A stretch of 64,000 nt of DNA from Macrostomum lignano (taxonomy: Eukaryota), in assembly GCA_002269645.1 (NCBI GenBank), contig NIVC01001805.1, positions 1 through 64,000 on the forward strand. The letters run 5' to 3'. Both the position numbers and the translations under genes were made by a program. Below, in pieces: positions 1 to 27,627 of the stretch. The number at the start of each line of letters is the position of its first letter. Within the stretch, counting starts at the first letter, position 1. The notes beneath the pieces are model-generated. The model made no database searches and was not told the origin of the DNA. It saw nothing but the letters and a program-made list of their open reading frames with translations.

Positions 1-10
1 CGGTGCGGGT

Positions 11-163
11 CAGGGCGATTCTCTCGGGCTGGTTAGGGGCGATTCTCTCGGGCTGGTCAGTGGCGATTCTCTCGGGCTGGTTAGGGGCGATTCTCTCGGG
101 CTGGTCAGTGGCGATTCTCTCGGGGCTGGTCAGGGGCGATTCTCAGGTTAGACAGGGGCGATT
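11..163. repeat. ~25-26-bp minisatellite GGGGCGATTCTCTCGGGCTGGT(T/C)AG
   Basis: About 5 degenerate copies. Confidence 0.85.
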
Positions 164-212
164 CTTTAAAAAACTTTGTGCTTGTCCGTCCGTCTGCCCA
201 TCCAGCAGTGAC

Positions 213-15782
<15,570 letters not shown>

Positions 15783-16412
15783 TTTATGGCTTCAGTAGCA
15801 AACCTATTGAGGAGCCTAAGATGCAAAATACCGTTTGATCACAAGTTAATGAATGAGTAAGTGCGAACGCGGAAAAGGGCTATAATTAATAAGCTACACA
15901 ACACCACCGGACTGTGCCTAGATAAGTAGTTAGTAGACAAACAAGATACGATATATAAACAACACTACACTTCAATTCGTTTTTAAAGACAAATATCCCA
16001 ATGCAAGCAGTCCAGATAAGTCCTAAAAGTCAAGAGCAAAGTAAATCACATTTATTCATAGCACGTGATATCTGAAGTTAGTTACTTGTATGGCTTGATC
16101 GCAAGCGGTGAATGACGGTGAAAACAAAAAATCTTTTCTTTTTCTGGGAAACCTCTTTTTTTAAATTCAATATCTTCTAACTACCTTTCTTACATTCAAA
16201 AATACTTTTTAAGTTTTTATATATTACGTGATATTTTAATTAACCTTTTGTTTTTGTTCAGTTAATTACTTAAACTACGCATTGTATTTCTACTTTTTGT
16301 TATACCTGTTAAAATTTATATCTTATAACTGGACCATATTAAAATAAATGTTCATATTATAGTAAAACACAACATTCGCCAATCGAAAAAAAATTGAAAA
16401 ATCGAACTCAAA

Positions 16413-19295
16413 ATGCAGGAAATTATTAAGAAAGCTGTTTATCTGGTTATATTTTTTACGATTATTCAGCCAAAATGTACATGTAAGTCGACATCAATTG
16501 CATGAAATTTAAGAAGTTAAATATATGTTGTACCCGTGCAGAATTAAGCATGCAGTATCTGATGCGTTTAATTAGGCTAATGCTTAATAGCAATACACAC
16601 TGAACATGTATTTAAAAATTTTCAGACGCCAGAATCTTCAACAAAAGGCTAGACTATGGTCTTTTCGAGTCGTCTCAACAATCCAGCAGCTATTTTGTCA
16701 ATGAAAATGAAGTCTATCTTTGTTTCAACAAGACAGACAAAGAAATCGACGGCTTCTTTTATTTTCATTCCAACAACGTGACAGACAGCGGATATCACTG
16801 GCTAGTTGTAAAACTGCGCAGACTAATTGCGATTTCCGCCGTGACCATTCAGAGCAGAGGCAAGAGTTGAGTTTCTGCCTGTTGTCTGTCTCTGTCCTTT
16901 TGTCTGTCTTTCTGTCTGTCTGTCCTTTTGTCTGTCTTTCTGTCATGAGTAGTATTCCGTCATCTTCACCCACTCCGATCAACCTGCAGAACTGTCTTCT
17001 AAGGAGATCTTCAATCGCTCGGTCGGCATCGAAGTGTGGCTGCAGAGTCAGCCCAGTGATTTCCAGCTAGACAGACAGCACAGTTGCAACTCAAGCAGAA
17101 CTGCATTGGAATTTAAGAGGACAAAAGCCAGCTGGGCCTTTTGTGGCACATCATTAGGAGATTCTGCTGGCCAAAAACTTACTGTGAATTGCCCAAAGGC
17201 TCAAGTGGTGAATCAAAAGCTAATCATTTTGCATTTGGTATATCTAATGATTTTACTGCCCCATCGCAGGCATCTGCTCCTGACACCAACATCCTTGATT
17301 CTTGGTGCCAAACGCCGATTTCAGGCCCTAAGCAATTTCCGAAACCGACACCCCCTCCGATTTCCGACACCGACACTTCGATTTCTGACACCGACACAAT
17401 CTTTTCCCGACGCCAAAAACCACGACTTTCGACGCCAATATCTGGTTCCCGACACCTACAACCCCCTTATTGAATATTTCAAATCTCTGACTTCCGCACA
17501 AAAACACTCAAACACTCCGCAGACCAGCATGCTCAAACACTCAATTCGCATCCGCAGACCAGCATGCTGTTGTTGCGAAAGCCGGTAAGCCAACTGCCTG
17601 GCGAAAACTACATGGCATTTTCCAACCTCTGGCTTGGAGAAGACGTCAGCTACTTCGGTTCGTCTGGTGAGCGAGTGGCTAGTAGAAGTGGCCATGAAAA
17701 ATGAAGGATATTTACTGTAAATCTGAAGGTGAATTTCCAAAACCCCAGGTACCCCAAGTACGCCAGTATAGTGTCTGTAGTCAGCTCGCATGAATCATTA
17801 GAAGCGCAAAATAAGGCCGGACGGAGATAGCAAGCACTGGCAGGAACATCAACACAGGCCACAAATCCAATTCAAACAAGCATCTTTGACTTACTTACTT
17901 CACTTAGCTGCAGAGTGGTCTGTAGACACAGCGGGGAGGCAAGGAAGTGGTCAAACTGGAATTCACAAACAAGCATCAGTTATGCAGCTAACTAAATTGG
18001 TTGAACTTGCTGAATCCGGCCCAGTTTGTTTAAACTGCGTCGGGGCGACAATTTGTTCCTCAATTCAAATTTGACTGCGAGCTGCTAAAATTATAACAAA
18101 TCACCAAGTGTTGCCTTGGCGGAAATTTTCAGGGGAGGGCCCGGACCGACTGCGCCTCGGCCCGATGCTCCTGGCTGGGGCGATTCCGCTGGCAGCCATC
18201 CTCATTGCCGCTGCCACTCTGGCCATTCTCTACGCCAGGATGCAGGTGATTTGGCCTTTACTTTCGTGTGCGAAAGTCAGGGAGTGCGATTCGAGATGTC
18301 AGATTTCAGGGGCTCAGCTTGGGTGTGTCAGGGACTGCAGTTTGGGTGTGTCAGGGACTGCAGTTTGGGTGTGTCAGGGACTGCAGTTTGGGTGTGTCAG
18401 GGACTGCAGTTTGGGTGTGTCAGGGGCTGCAGATTGGGTGTGTCAGGGGCTGCAGTTTGGGTGTGTCAGGGTCTGCAGATTGGGTGTGTCAGGGGCTGCC
18501 GTTTGGGTGTGTCAGGGTCTGCAGATTGGGTGTGTCAGGGGCTCCAGTTTGGGTGTGTCAGAAGTTCATTTTTGGGTATGTCAGGGACTGCAGTTTGGGT
18601 GTGTCAGGGACTGCAGTTTGGGTGTGTCAGGGACTGCAGTTTGGGTGTGTCAGGGGCTGCAGATTGGGTGTGTCAGGGGCTGCAGTTTGGGTGTGTCAGG
18701 GTCTGCAGATTGGGTGTGTCAGGGGCTGCCGTTTGGGTGTGTCAGGGTCTGCAGATTGGGTGTGTCAGGGGCTGCCGTTTGGGTGTGTCAGGGACTGCAG
18801 ATTGGGTGTGTCAGGGGCTCCAGTTTGGGTGTGTCAGAAGTTCATTTTTGGGTATGTCAGGGACTGCAGTTTGGGTGTGTCAGGGACTGCAGTTTGGGTG
18901 TGTCAGGGGCTGCAGCTTGTGTGTCAGGGAGAGGCTCCGGTCTTGTCTGAATCACTCTGCACCTGTGTGACTGCAAACCAATTTTACCGGAAAGCAACCA
19001 AAGCCACCAAAACCGAGATTCGACTTCTACCTGACCCTCCGAGCAGAAGCAGGTGCTCAAGGCCAGAGCGGCCACAGAGCAGCAGCAGCAAGCTGAGCAG
19101 CGGAGCGAGGATTACCAAGGCCTGGGCAGCCGCATCAGCGCCATGTTCTACTCTCAGGCTGTGCATCTCTTCTCGGCTAGCGGACCGCAAGTGGAAGAGG
19201 AGACGGGCATCTACGATCAGGTGCTGATTCTGGGCGAGCAGTCCAAACATGCGGCTGGCAACGAGGAGTCCAAACCCTTGCATAGTAGCGGCTAG
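16413..19295 (+). CDS. Type I membrane protein with signal peptide, fucolectin(FTP)/F5-8C-like lectin domain, TM helix and Tyr-motif tail
   Basis: Exon 16413-16482 MQEIIKKAVYLVIFFTIIQPKCT (signal-like; donor GTAAGT). Exon 16626-16865 contains SQQSSSY...YFHSNN...YHWLVVKLRRLIAISAVTIQSRG. Exon 16990-17237 contains VGIEVW...FCG...KLTVNC. TM exon ~18131-18246 MLLAGAIPLAAILIAAATLAILYARMQ. Last exon ~19046-19295 contains EDYQGL and IYDQV. The middle exons (17270-18074) are unresolved and the domain call is by eye. Confidence 0.6.
18318..18925. repeat. 23-bp TTTGGGTGTGTCAGGGACTGCAG minisatellite
   Basis: Last intron of the lectin-like gene, with an internal block duplication. Confidence 0.95.
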
Positions 19296-19542
19296 CTATC
19301 GGTGCTAAGTAGGCGTCGCAGGCTCATGGACAGCTAAGTAGAAGGATTATAATTGACAATATCTCTTCTCATGGACATCTGCGATTCAAATGATTTTGTG
19401 CGCACGGGCTCGTGGGGATGTGCGCATTGAACTTAATCCAAGTAAGGTTTGCAGGGGGTGGCCTTTCATAGATTTTGCAAGTCTAAAAAAGTGACAGGGC
19501 AACTCACAAGCAGCAAAAATTGTAAAGTTCTGACAATCTTTA

Positions 19543-19960
19543 AGCGAACTGTCTATGGCCAGTGCTTCCAGTCGCTTGATGCGGCCGGAATAGCGAACTG
19601 TCTATGGCCAATGCCTCCAGTCGCTTGATGCGGCCGGAATAGCGAACTGTCTATGGCCAATGCCTCCAGTCGCTTGATGCGGCCGGAATAGCAAACTGTC
19701 TATGGCCAATGCCTCCAGTCGCTTGATGCGGCCGGAATAGCGAACTGTCTATGGCCAATGCCTCCAGTCGCTTGATGCAGCCGGAATAGCGAACTGTCTA
19801 TGGCCAATGCCTCCAGTCGCTTGATGCGGCCGGAATAGCGAACTGTCTATGGCCAATGCCTCCAGTCGCTTGATGCAGCCGGAATAGCGAACTGTCTATG
19901 GCCAATGCCTCCAGTCGCTTGATGCGGCCGTAATAGCGACTGTCTATGGCCAGTGCTTGA
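19543..19960. repeat. 49-bp ATAGCGAACTGTCTATGGCCAATGCCTCCAGTCGCTTGATGCGGCCGGA minisatellite
   Basis: About 8 copies, intergenic. Confidence 0.95.
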
Positions 19961-20504
19961 TGCGGGACTTGGACGCATATAAAGCATATTTGCTCCATTT
20001 GCAGTCCAGAGGTTCATAATGTGATATATCAGTTACCATGCGTAGATAATAAAAACACTAGATGGGTCACTCGCCTATTTCATGAATAAGCTACTTTCAA
20101 TTGGGCGTCTGTATAGAGTTTTTTGGATATACTTGTGCACCAAGTAAAATTTTACTTTTATATTTACATTATGACTAGCAATCAGCGCCCCCCATTGGGG
20201 AGCCAAAAATGCAGTACAAGTTTTTTTAATAAACTACATGTAGCGTCTCTTTGCAATATATTTCAGCAGTCCCTTGTAAGCCTTGACATTTCAGCAATTC
20301 CCCCGACAAGCCTTACCATATCAACTTCCCCCCTTGACATCTCAGCATTTGGGCACGAAAAAAGCGTTTCTGAAAACAAAATAACACTTTATAGTTTAAG
20401 CTAGCTACTTACCCGGTAGTTGAAGCAAATTTTATGAACAAATTGAAGTTAACGAATGTGAAAAAGAACGAAATACAATTAAATGTTTAATACAAACACA
20501 AAGG

Positions 20505-22749
20505 TTAATTGCGTTTACTCATCTTTCTGCTTGCTGAGCATCGCACTGAGGGGAGGGTCACATTTGCGCGTCGGAAGCGTGTCAATATTGAATGGCTCAC
20601 GTGATTCTGCAGCAATGTAGTCTTCGGCAATGAGCCAAATAAAGATTCCAACAGCATGAAACTTTCCAGAACTGCTTCCGATGGTGCTGTCAATCCAGTT
20701 GGAACGACACTCTACTGCTTGTTGGCCAAGTGAACTCCAGATGGGATTTGAGCGGTCAGAGTTTCCTTGCAATCCAGGCAATCCAGTGCACTACTTTTTG
20801 CTAACACGTAGCCAGCAACATATTCCATGGCTTCGATTTATGTGTCAGGAGAAGCAAACGGCTGCAAAATGCATTGGAGTCCCTCATCTGTGCGTGTCGT
20901 CGGCACGGTTTCGGCAAAAGATGCGCTTGAACCGGCAGGTAAATTTGGCGCTTGAGTAATGCATGCTGCTGTGACGCAGCAGAGCACTGGTCGCCTTTTG
21001 CTTCCTTCCGCTGTGATGTCTAAATTTCCAACTGTGTAAGAAGCTTTCAGCTGCCTCCAGTTCTGTGATCTGCTCTTCAAGAATATCTCGAGAAAGGGGG
21101 CGCTTTAGACCCTTATCGAATAAGTGAGCTGAGTTAAGAATGTCAAATATGCCATTAATTCTATCTAAAAATTCTGCTGTTTGCTCTCCATCGGATTCTA
21201 TTATTTTGTGATACACCGAAGTTCGGATTCCACTGGCGACTGAATGGCTGAATTTCATTTTGTTTCCAACCTGTAGGTTGAAGTGACTGTCGCTTAACCT
21301 TGGTGCCAATTTAAGCTTGTTGCGACTATCGGCCTGATAGAAGTCCGTAACATGCTTCCATTTTGCTGTTTTGCAATTGTCGAACACAATTTCGTTCTTA
21401 AACAAAGCATTTCGCGAATTTTTCAGGCAGTGAGGGACATCAATGATGACAAAAACAGGTTCGTTTGTCACTGGGTGGTGCAGAAACGGCTTGGAAGAGC
21501 TTGGTAGCTCCACTGGCTTGTCTCTTGGTCTGCAACCAAAGCTACAACGATAATTCCTGCATGATGACACGCCGTCAGACAACTTTCAATCGTGTTACGA
21601 AAACCTTCCTGTCCGTGACTCCGATGCACAGGGTAATATGCAATCGACTGCTTCCAGTTGTGCAAAATACCGCGAACTACGCCTACTACCGCTTCGTCTA
21701 CAACTTTTGGTGCATCCGCTTGAGCAGGATTAGTCTCAAAGCCAATTATCTTGTCCTTGTACTGGCTGTAACGCACACATCCTGACAAGCTCATTCCATC
21801 AAAGCAAAGAGTGGCCACTCGCTCTTGCTCTGTGCAGTCTTGCAACTTTTTTCTCATCAGCTTCATGGTAACTTCACAGACGCCCTCTTCCTGAAAAAAC
21901 AATCTGATGCGCCGCTTAATTGACGTCTCTGATGGAAATGACATCTTCCATTGATCTCGCAGAAGTCGGTACGCGGCAGGACTTTTGTGATGCACTTGAA
22001 TAGCAGAGCAGATGTCTTCGACAGCCCAACACATGCTGCGGTAGCGAGACTTTGTTTTTTTCATAGAGCTCTGCACTAGACGGTGGAGGGCGCTGCTGCT
22101 GCTGCAGAACTTTCCAACCTGTGAGTCTTCGATTTTGCGCCGCAGCTTATCGATCGTCTTCTCCTGCCGACACAGCTTTCGTCGTAGGTTTCCAGCTACT
22201 TTGCTGGACGATGCATGCAGTCTTAGAAATGATGTAGAGCAAGACGCAGTTGGTTCTGGTGGAGCAGAACTAGCTAGCGTCTTCCACGTCAAAGCGTGAC
22301 AGAACAGGTGGGTACGTATTATCAGCCGCATCGTCACTCCGAATTATTTCTAGTGGCTTCTCCCTGATTAGTCGTGGCAACACCAGCTCTCTGTCAGGAA
22401 CAGCGTCAGCATCCCACCGTAGCCTTGTACTTCGGTCATGGCGTAGCCTTGGGCAATTGTATGCCTCGTCTGTAAAATGCAAGCTGTATACCTTCCACTT
22501 CATTTTCCACAGCTTCTCGAAAGAAATGGGAGAGAAAAGGAGAGCTTCTCGTAACTCCAGCATTGATTGCCACTTCAATGCTATGGACTAATTCTTCCGA
22601 AACTGGTGCATGCGAATCGGGATGCCATCTTCGTTTACAGAGGTACTAGTGCTGGTACAAGTCGCCGCACAGAAATCTTCGCTTGTATATTTCAACTCTT
22701 CGATATTTGCCAGCACTCGGTCTTCATGCGTTCTTCCTCCGGCAGCCAT
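20505..22749 (-). mobile_element. Degenerate THAP-domain P-element (THAP9-like) transposase
   Basis: THAP remnant from ATG 22749: FCAATC..MHQF..*..LKW..VYSLHF..AVP, with TAG at 22588-22590. Transposase core motifs: SPAAYRLLR..FPSETSIKR, LCFDGM, RGILHNWKQ, VVALVADQ, DVPHCLKNSRN, AKWKHV, KLAPRL, TAEFLDRINGIFDILNS. C-terminal EYVAGYV..CLDC..GLTAPS. Frameshifts and stops are present, and the usual QDxLENFF catalytic-Glu segment was not found. No TIR pair identified. Confidence 0.9.
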
Positions 22750-24336
22750 TTAGACAATTTTTTACTTGCTTTCAATGAAAACGAAATAGCGCTCTTGCAA
22801 AGCAGAAAAGTCAATATATATACTCCTTGCTTTCGCTCTGATATCTTTAGCAAAAATCGATAGTCTTGCGCGTTCATATGCCCAGTAGAGAGTAGTCTAT
22901 TCAGACATCGAGCGAATTTGCATTAAAACCCCGAGGATGCGGGTGGCCTGCTCTGCAGGCCATTGCTAATGGTCTATGGCTTGCGAATCATTTGAATGCT
23001 GTTTCGAAAAATAAGTCTGCATAACCGTAGCTTGCGGCTTTGGCCTGCTGAGCAGGCCATGACTATTTTCTATACAGAAAACATTTGTGAATCACGGTCA
23101 ACGAGTTTTTCTATCTGACGTAGTCATTTTTAATAAGAAACAGTAAAAATCAAGAAGATAAATTGCTATAACGTATAAACAATGTTTAACAGCGAAACAG
23201 AAACAATAACATAACCTGTTTATAACCAGATGGCATATTGGGTATAACTTTGTTTTCTCGCTCTAAATTATTTTCTTGATTTTCAGAAATGAATGCTTTA
23301 ATGCTTTTAAACCTGCGTTACTGATTATTTTCCGGAATTCAGAAATCTGCTTCATTTTCCTGCTTTGGAGTTTGAACTATTACATTGTGTCACTGTTGAC
23401 TTTTTACCCTGTGACTTTTTACTTGTTTCTTTTACATTGGTAGACTGTAAGTTTAAAAGAATCCGGAAAATAATTTAGAGCGGAAAACCGAAGTAATGCC
23501 GCATATTGTTTATCAATTAAATATGAGCTGCCTTTGGCTTTGAAAACTAAAAACAAATTTAAGTTCCACCTGAGCGGCATGCCAGTCGGCAAAGCAGGGG
23601 GCTGCGCACAGTCCCCCAGACACCACCCATAAATCTGTTGTACGACACAACTGTCTGTTGCTTCTGCTGTATGACCAGTTCGTTTCGCACTTCCCAGCTT
23701 CCCATGCCACCCAAGCATCATTTGGCAAGCCTCCGGCGTCTTCATTTGGCTGGAGATGCATGTCCTCCTCTTCTTCATCTTCACCCTCATCCGCTGTTAG
23801 CCAGCCTTCCTCCTCTAGTTCGGAGTCGGTATTCGGATCAAAATGCACTTGAGCCGCAGCCATGCAAACACTCTCCGACACTCGGAAAGTATTGCACTAA
23901 TAATAAAGCTGCTGACGATTTAATTAATTAATTGGCACTTGACTTTGAAAATGTAGCTTCAAGCTTTCTTGATTTGATGAATCCCACAATTTTACTGTGT
24001 CATTTATACCCACCCACCCGTCCATTCACCCCACTCCACTTTGTTTTTTGCTCTCATGTTTATCCTTTATTGCTACGAGTATAAGCAAATCCGCCTGCTA
24101 TCGCAGGCTACGGGGGTGTAAAAAATATGCTGAAATAGTCTATGGCCATTCCGCAAGCTACGCTGAAGAATAGAATCCCAAACATCAGAAACGAGCCAGC
24201 TCATAAGAATCTTTTTTTCTACTAAAGGCGTGAAGGCGTAGGAGCCGTTTCTGCGGTAGCTAAATCCGTTTTTGACAACAAACGAAACCACTGCACAAAA
24301 ACATTCTACTGTGGATCATCTTACACTGTCAATAAC

Positions 24337-25455
24337 ATGACGGCGCAACGAACTCTCGGTGGGATGAGCACCATTTGCCTGTGGCTCGCTCTGGCAGCGC
24401 TTCTGACCTACGTAGTATACATTGCAGTGTCTCGAGAGCGTAGCCACAACAGCATTGTCAAACTGTCCGAGATCAAGGCAGACAAACTAGATCCAGGGGA
24501 GAAAAAGTGCCCAGCTTATCAGGAGCTCCGTCGGATCAATTTTCTAAGTCCTATTTTGCGCCACCAGCTGTGCCGAGGCACGGGGGCCTACTAACGGTCA
24601 AAGAATGGATTCCCTATTTGCGAGTTGAAAACACCGCCTCCGGAGAAGCTGCTCGGCATCGTGCGACAGAAAAGTGAGATTATCCCCATGGTTAACATTC
24701 GCGGCGCAGAAACGCCCATCAGGGGTTACAATGGCGAAGATTATATTTCGGATGCAATCCGGAAGAACAAAGCTTGGGAGCCAGAGTTAGCCCGGATCAT
24801 CTTAAAGATTGCCCAGCAGATTCCAGGCGTAACTTTCTTGGACATCGGTAGCAACATCGGGGTGTACACTGTTCAGGCTGCACAGCTGGGTTTACCAACG
24901 CTAGCTCTGGATGCCAACATCCGCAACCTGTTGAGGCTGCATCTTACCCTACAAGCTTTATCACTAAAGGCTACTCTCATTTGGAACTTCATCGGAAACA
25001 ACCAGCAGCTCCGGTATCTTAAATTCCCTAAGGAATGCAACGTTGGTGCCGGTAGAAAGAGTTCGATGAACGAAGGTTCAGAGGAAAACTGGCTTAATGA
25101 CACGATTCCCATCATGCCGATTCGCAGCGAAAAGCTCAGCCGCCTAATCAAGACTAAGGATGTAGTAATGAAGATGGACATTGAGAAAGGGGAAGCTACT
25201 TTTTTGGAGTCGTCAGGCAGTCTGTTCAACGATTTCAAAATTTGGGCGGTACAAATGGAGTGGCAGGGTAGCTTGTCAACGGAGCAAGACAGGATGAAGA
25301 TTCTGGATTTCTTCACAAAAAGAGGTTACACTGCATGGAAAAGCCCAAATGTTCAGCACCTTGTTTCTTCTCAGTGGAAGACCCGGGGCGACATGATCGA
25401 CATTCTTTGGCTGCACAGCGACTTTCAGCTAAAGCTGCTGGCTCTGAAGAAATGA
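24337..25455 (+). pseudogene. Intronless type II membrane FkbM-family (Methyltransf_21-like) SAM methyltransferase interrupted by one in-frame TAA
   Basis: ORFs 24337-24594 and 24625-25455 are in the same frame, split by TAA at 24592-24594. N-terminal TM ICLWLALAALLTYVVYIAV; SAM motif FLDIGSNIGVYT; VVMKMDIEKGE. Confidence 0.7.
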
Positions 25456-26484
25456 GGCATTGCCACCCATTCCGCTAACTCCTGGCAAAATGAGTCGTCA
25501 CTGTTGTAGCCTTTTATAGCGTACAAATTTGCCTGCTCAAATGAATGAGCAGGCAAATACCTTGAATGATATTCCAACTTTGATATTATTGTGTTTAATA
25601 CAGAGATTTATTACAAAGTGAGATCAAAACAAGTTTTTGAGGAAGAGTTGATGTTTCAGACTCTCTCGTTTAAAATACACTTTAAATCTACAAGCGTTTA
25701 TTTTTCTTGTCTTGACACACCACGATGAAATTCGTATACTGAGTGTAAGAACTCTATCATAACTATAACCAAAAATTAAAATAATCAAAAGTTCCTCCCA
25801 CCAAGCAAGATTACTATGCGCCTTGCTGATACTCGTACATTTTGCAGCAGCAAAAATCTGCCTTCAGTGAAGATTTCACTTTGCCTACCCCAAACTACTT
25901 ATAGTAGACTAAATCAGTGGTGTGTTAGTTATTCATTGGAAAAACTAAAAAATGCTAAATACATGAATGGGTGATGAATTGACTCTAAAATGCCGAGACA
26001 ATGTTGCATATTTGGCAATATCTAATCTAGATTACACTGGCAGTATTATTCAATATTCATACTCAACCCAGAGATATTTTTACATCCAAATTGGTTTTCT
26101 CAATTGATAGTACGCTCGTATTGCTAGATTCGAAGTACACAACTTTGTCGACAGATTTTAACGGTCAATTTAAGTTTTTTGCGCATGGTATTCATATTAA
26201 TGATAGCAGTGAAATGTTAATCACTAATTAATCTTTGCCTATAAAAACAAAATAATAATTTTATGTATAACAATACGGCTCAGCATGAACAAGATGATAT
26301 TTCAACATTATTCTGTACTTTCTGCGCTAAACAGCTTCCTGAGATCTCACCCGATGTTATTCAATTCAAGAATGCAGATTTTCCTGCCTTTTTTATCGGT
26401 TATTTTGCAATAAATGAAATAAATTTTGCATCAAGAATGGCGCCTTCCAAGCTTGGCTCTTTTAATAAAATTGTGGTAACACTG

Positions 26485-26866
26485 TCTAACAGGTAACACT
26501 CCTGTCTAACAGGTGACACTCTGGTCTAACAGGTGACACTCTGGTCTAACAGGTGACACTCCTTTCTAACAGGTGACACTCCTGTCTAACAGGTGACACT
26601 CCTGTCTAACAGGTGACACTCTGGTCTAACAGGTGACACTCTGGTCTAACAGGTGACACTCTGGTCTAACAGGTGACACTCTGGTCTAACAGGTGACACT
26701 CTGGTCTAACAGGTGACACTCCTTTCTAACAGGTGACACTCCTGTCTAACAGGTGACACTCTGGTCTAACAGGTGACACTCTGGTCTAACAGGTGACACT
26801 CTGGTCTAACAGGTGACACTCTGGTCTAACAGGTGACACTCTGGTCTAACAGGTGACACTCTGGTC
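26485..26866. repeat. 20-bp CTGGTCTAACAGGTGACACT minisatellite
   Basis: About 19 copies. Confidence 0.95.
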
Positions 26867-26997
26867 AAACTAGCGCCTTCTAGCTGCTGGCACCAGTAGG
26901 TTCACATCTAGCATATTGGAAACTGGCAGGCCAAGAGCATTGCCAACTCAAAGCTAGTTAAGTGTATATGAGAAACAACGCATGTTCAGCGCCCCTG

Positions 26998-27572
26998 TTA
27001 TTTAGCTGCCATCGGCGGGGTTCCCCGGCCCAGCATAAACCGGATGGACTTCCGGCCGGCCGCCTCCGCCGCAGCCTCGGCCGCCGCCGCCTCCACATGG
27101 CGACGTCTCAACCTTCGCTCGTGCTCGCACCGAGCCGTGACGTAATCCAGCGGCATGTAGTGCTCGAACTCGGAGCCGTTCACGTACAGCAGCAGGTTCC
27201 ACTCGCCTGTCCGGTAGTATGTCCGGATGATCCGCCTGCGCCGCTCCGTGAGCTGGAACGGGACTCGATCCCGGTACACCCAGTAGCTGACGATGTCGCC
27301 GGAGATGACGCTGAAGGCGGCCACCAGCTCGTACTTGCGCCGCTGCCCGCCAGCGGCACCAAGGGAGGTCGCGGTCGGCCGCTTGTTGATTTTCTGCTCG
27401 AAGTGACGGCGCAGCAGCTCGCGGCAGTCCGCGTCCATCAGGGCCGCGGCGGCCATGGCGGCTGGTGGCAGCCGGATCGGGGGGTGCAGCGGCTGTGACC
27501 TGGCTGTCTGGCGCTTCTGCTGATGAGGCGGCTGCTGCTGCTGGCTGCTGCTCGAGTTCGACGACTCGTGGC
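26998..27572 (-). CDS. Terminal coding exon of an unidentified multi-exon gene (possible OTU-like His-loop segment)
   Basis: GC-rich 575-nt exon with acceptor CTCCTTCAG| at 27573 and stop TAA at 26998. A phase-matching donor lies at 29193 (GAAGTTCCAG|GTGAGC). The segment YELVAAFSVISGDIVSY...NLLLYVNG...HYMPL loosely resembles the C-terminal half of OTU folds. Upstream exons could not be resolved. Confidence 0.5.
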
Positions 27573-27627
27573 CTGAAGGAGTTTGAGACTCATTTGAGGA
27601 CACGGTCTGATGAGGCTGTATGACATG

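Noticed and set aside
22692-22877. ORF upstream of THAP as a separate gene
   Set aside because: It overlaps the THAP start in another frame and has no recognisable motif.
22960-22980. P-element terminus ...GGTCTATG
   Set aside because: No matching inverted copy or TSD was found at the other side of the transposase.
26485-26866. SP6 promoter-like AGGTGACACT in the 20-bp repeat (vector contamination?)
   Set aside because: Only a 10-bp match, lacking ATTT...ATAG, inside a native-looking minisatellite.
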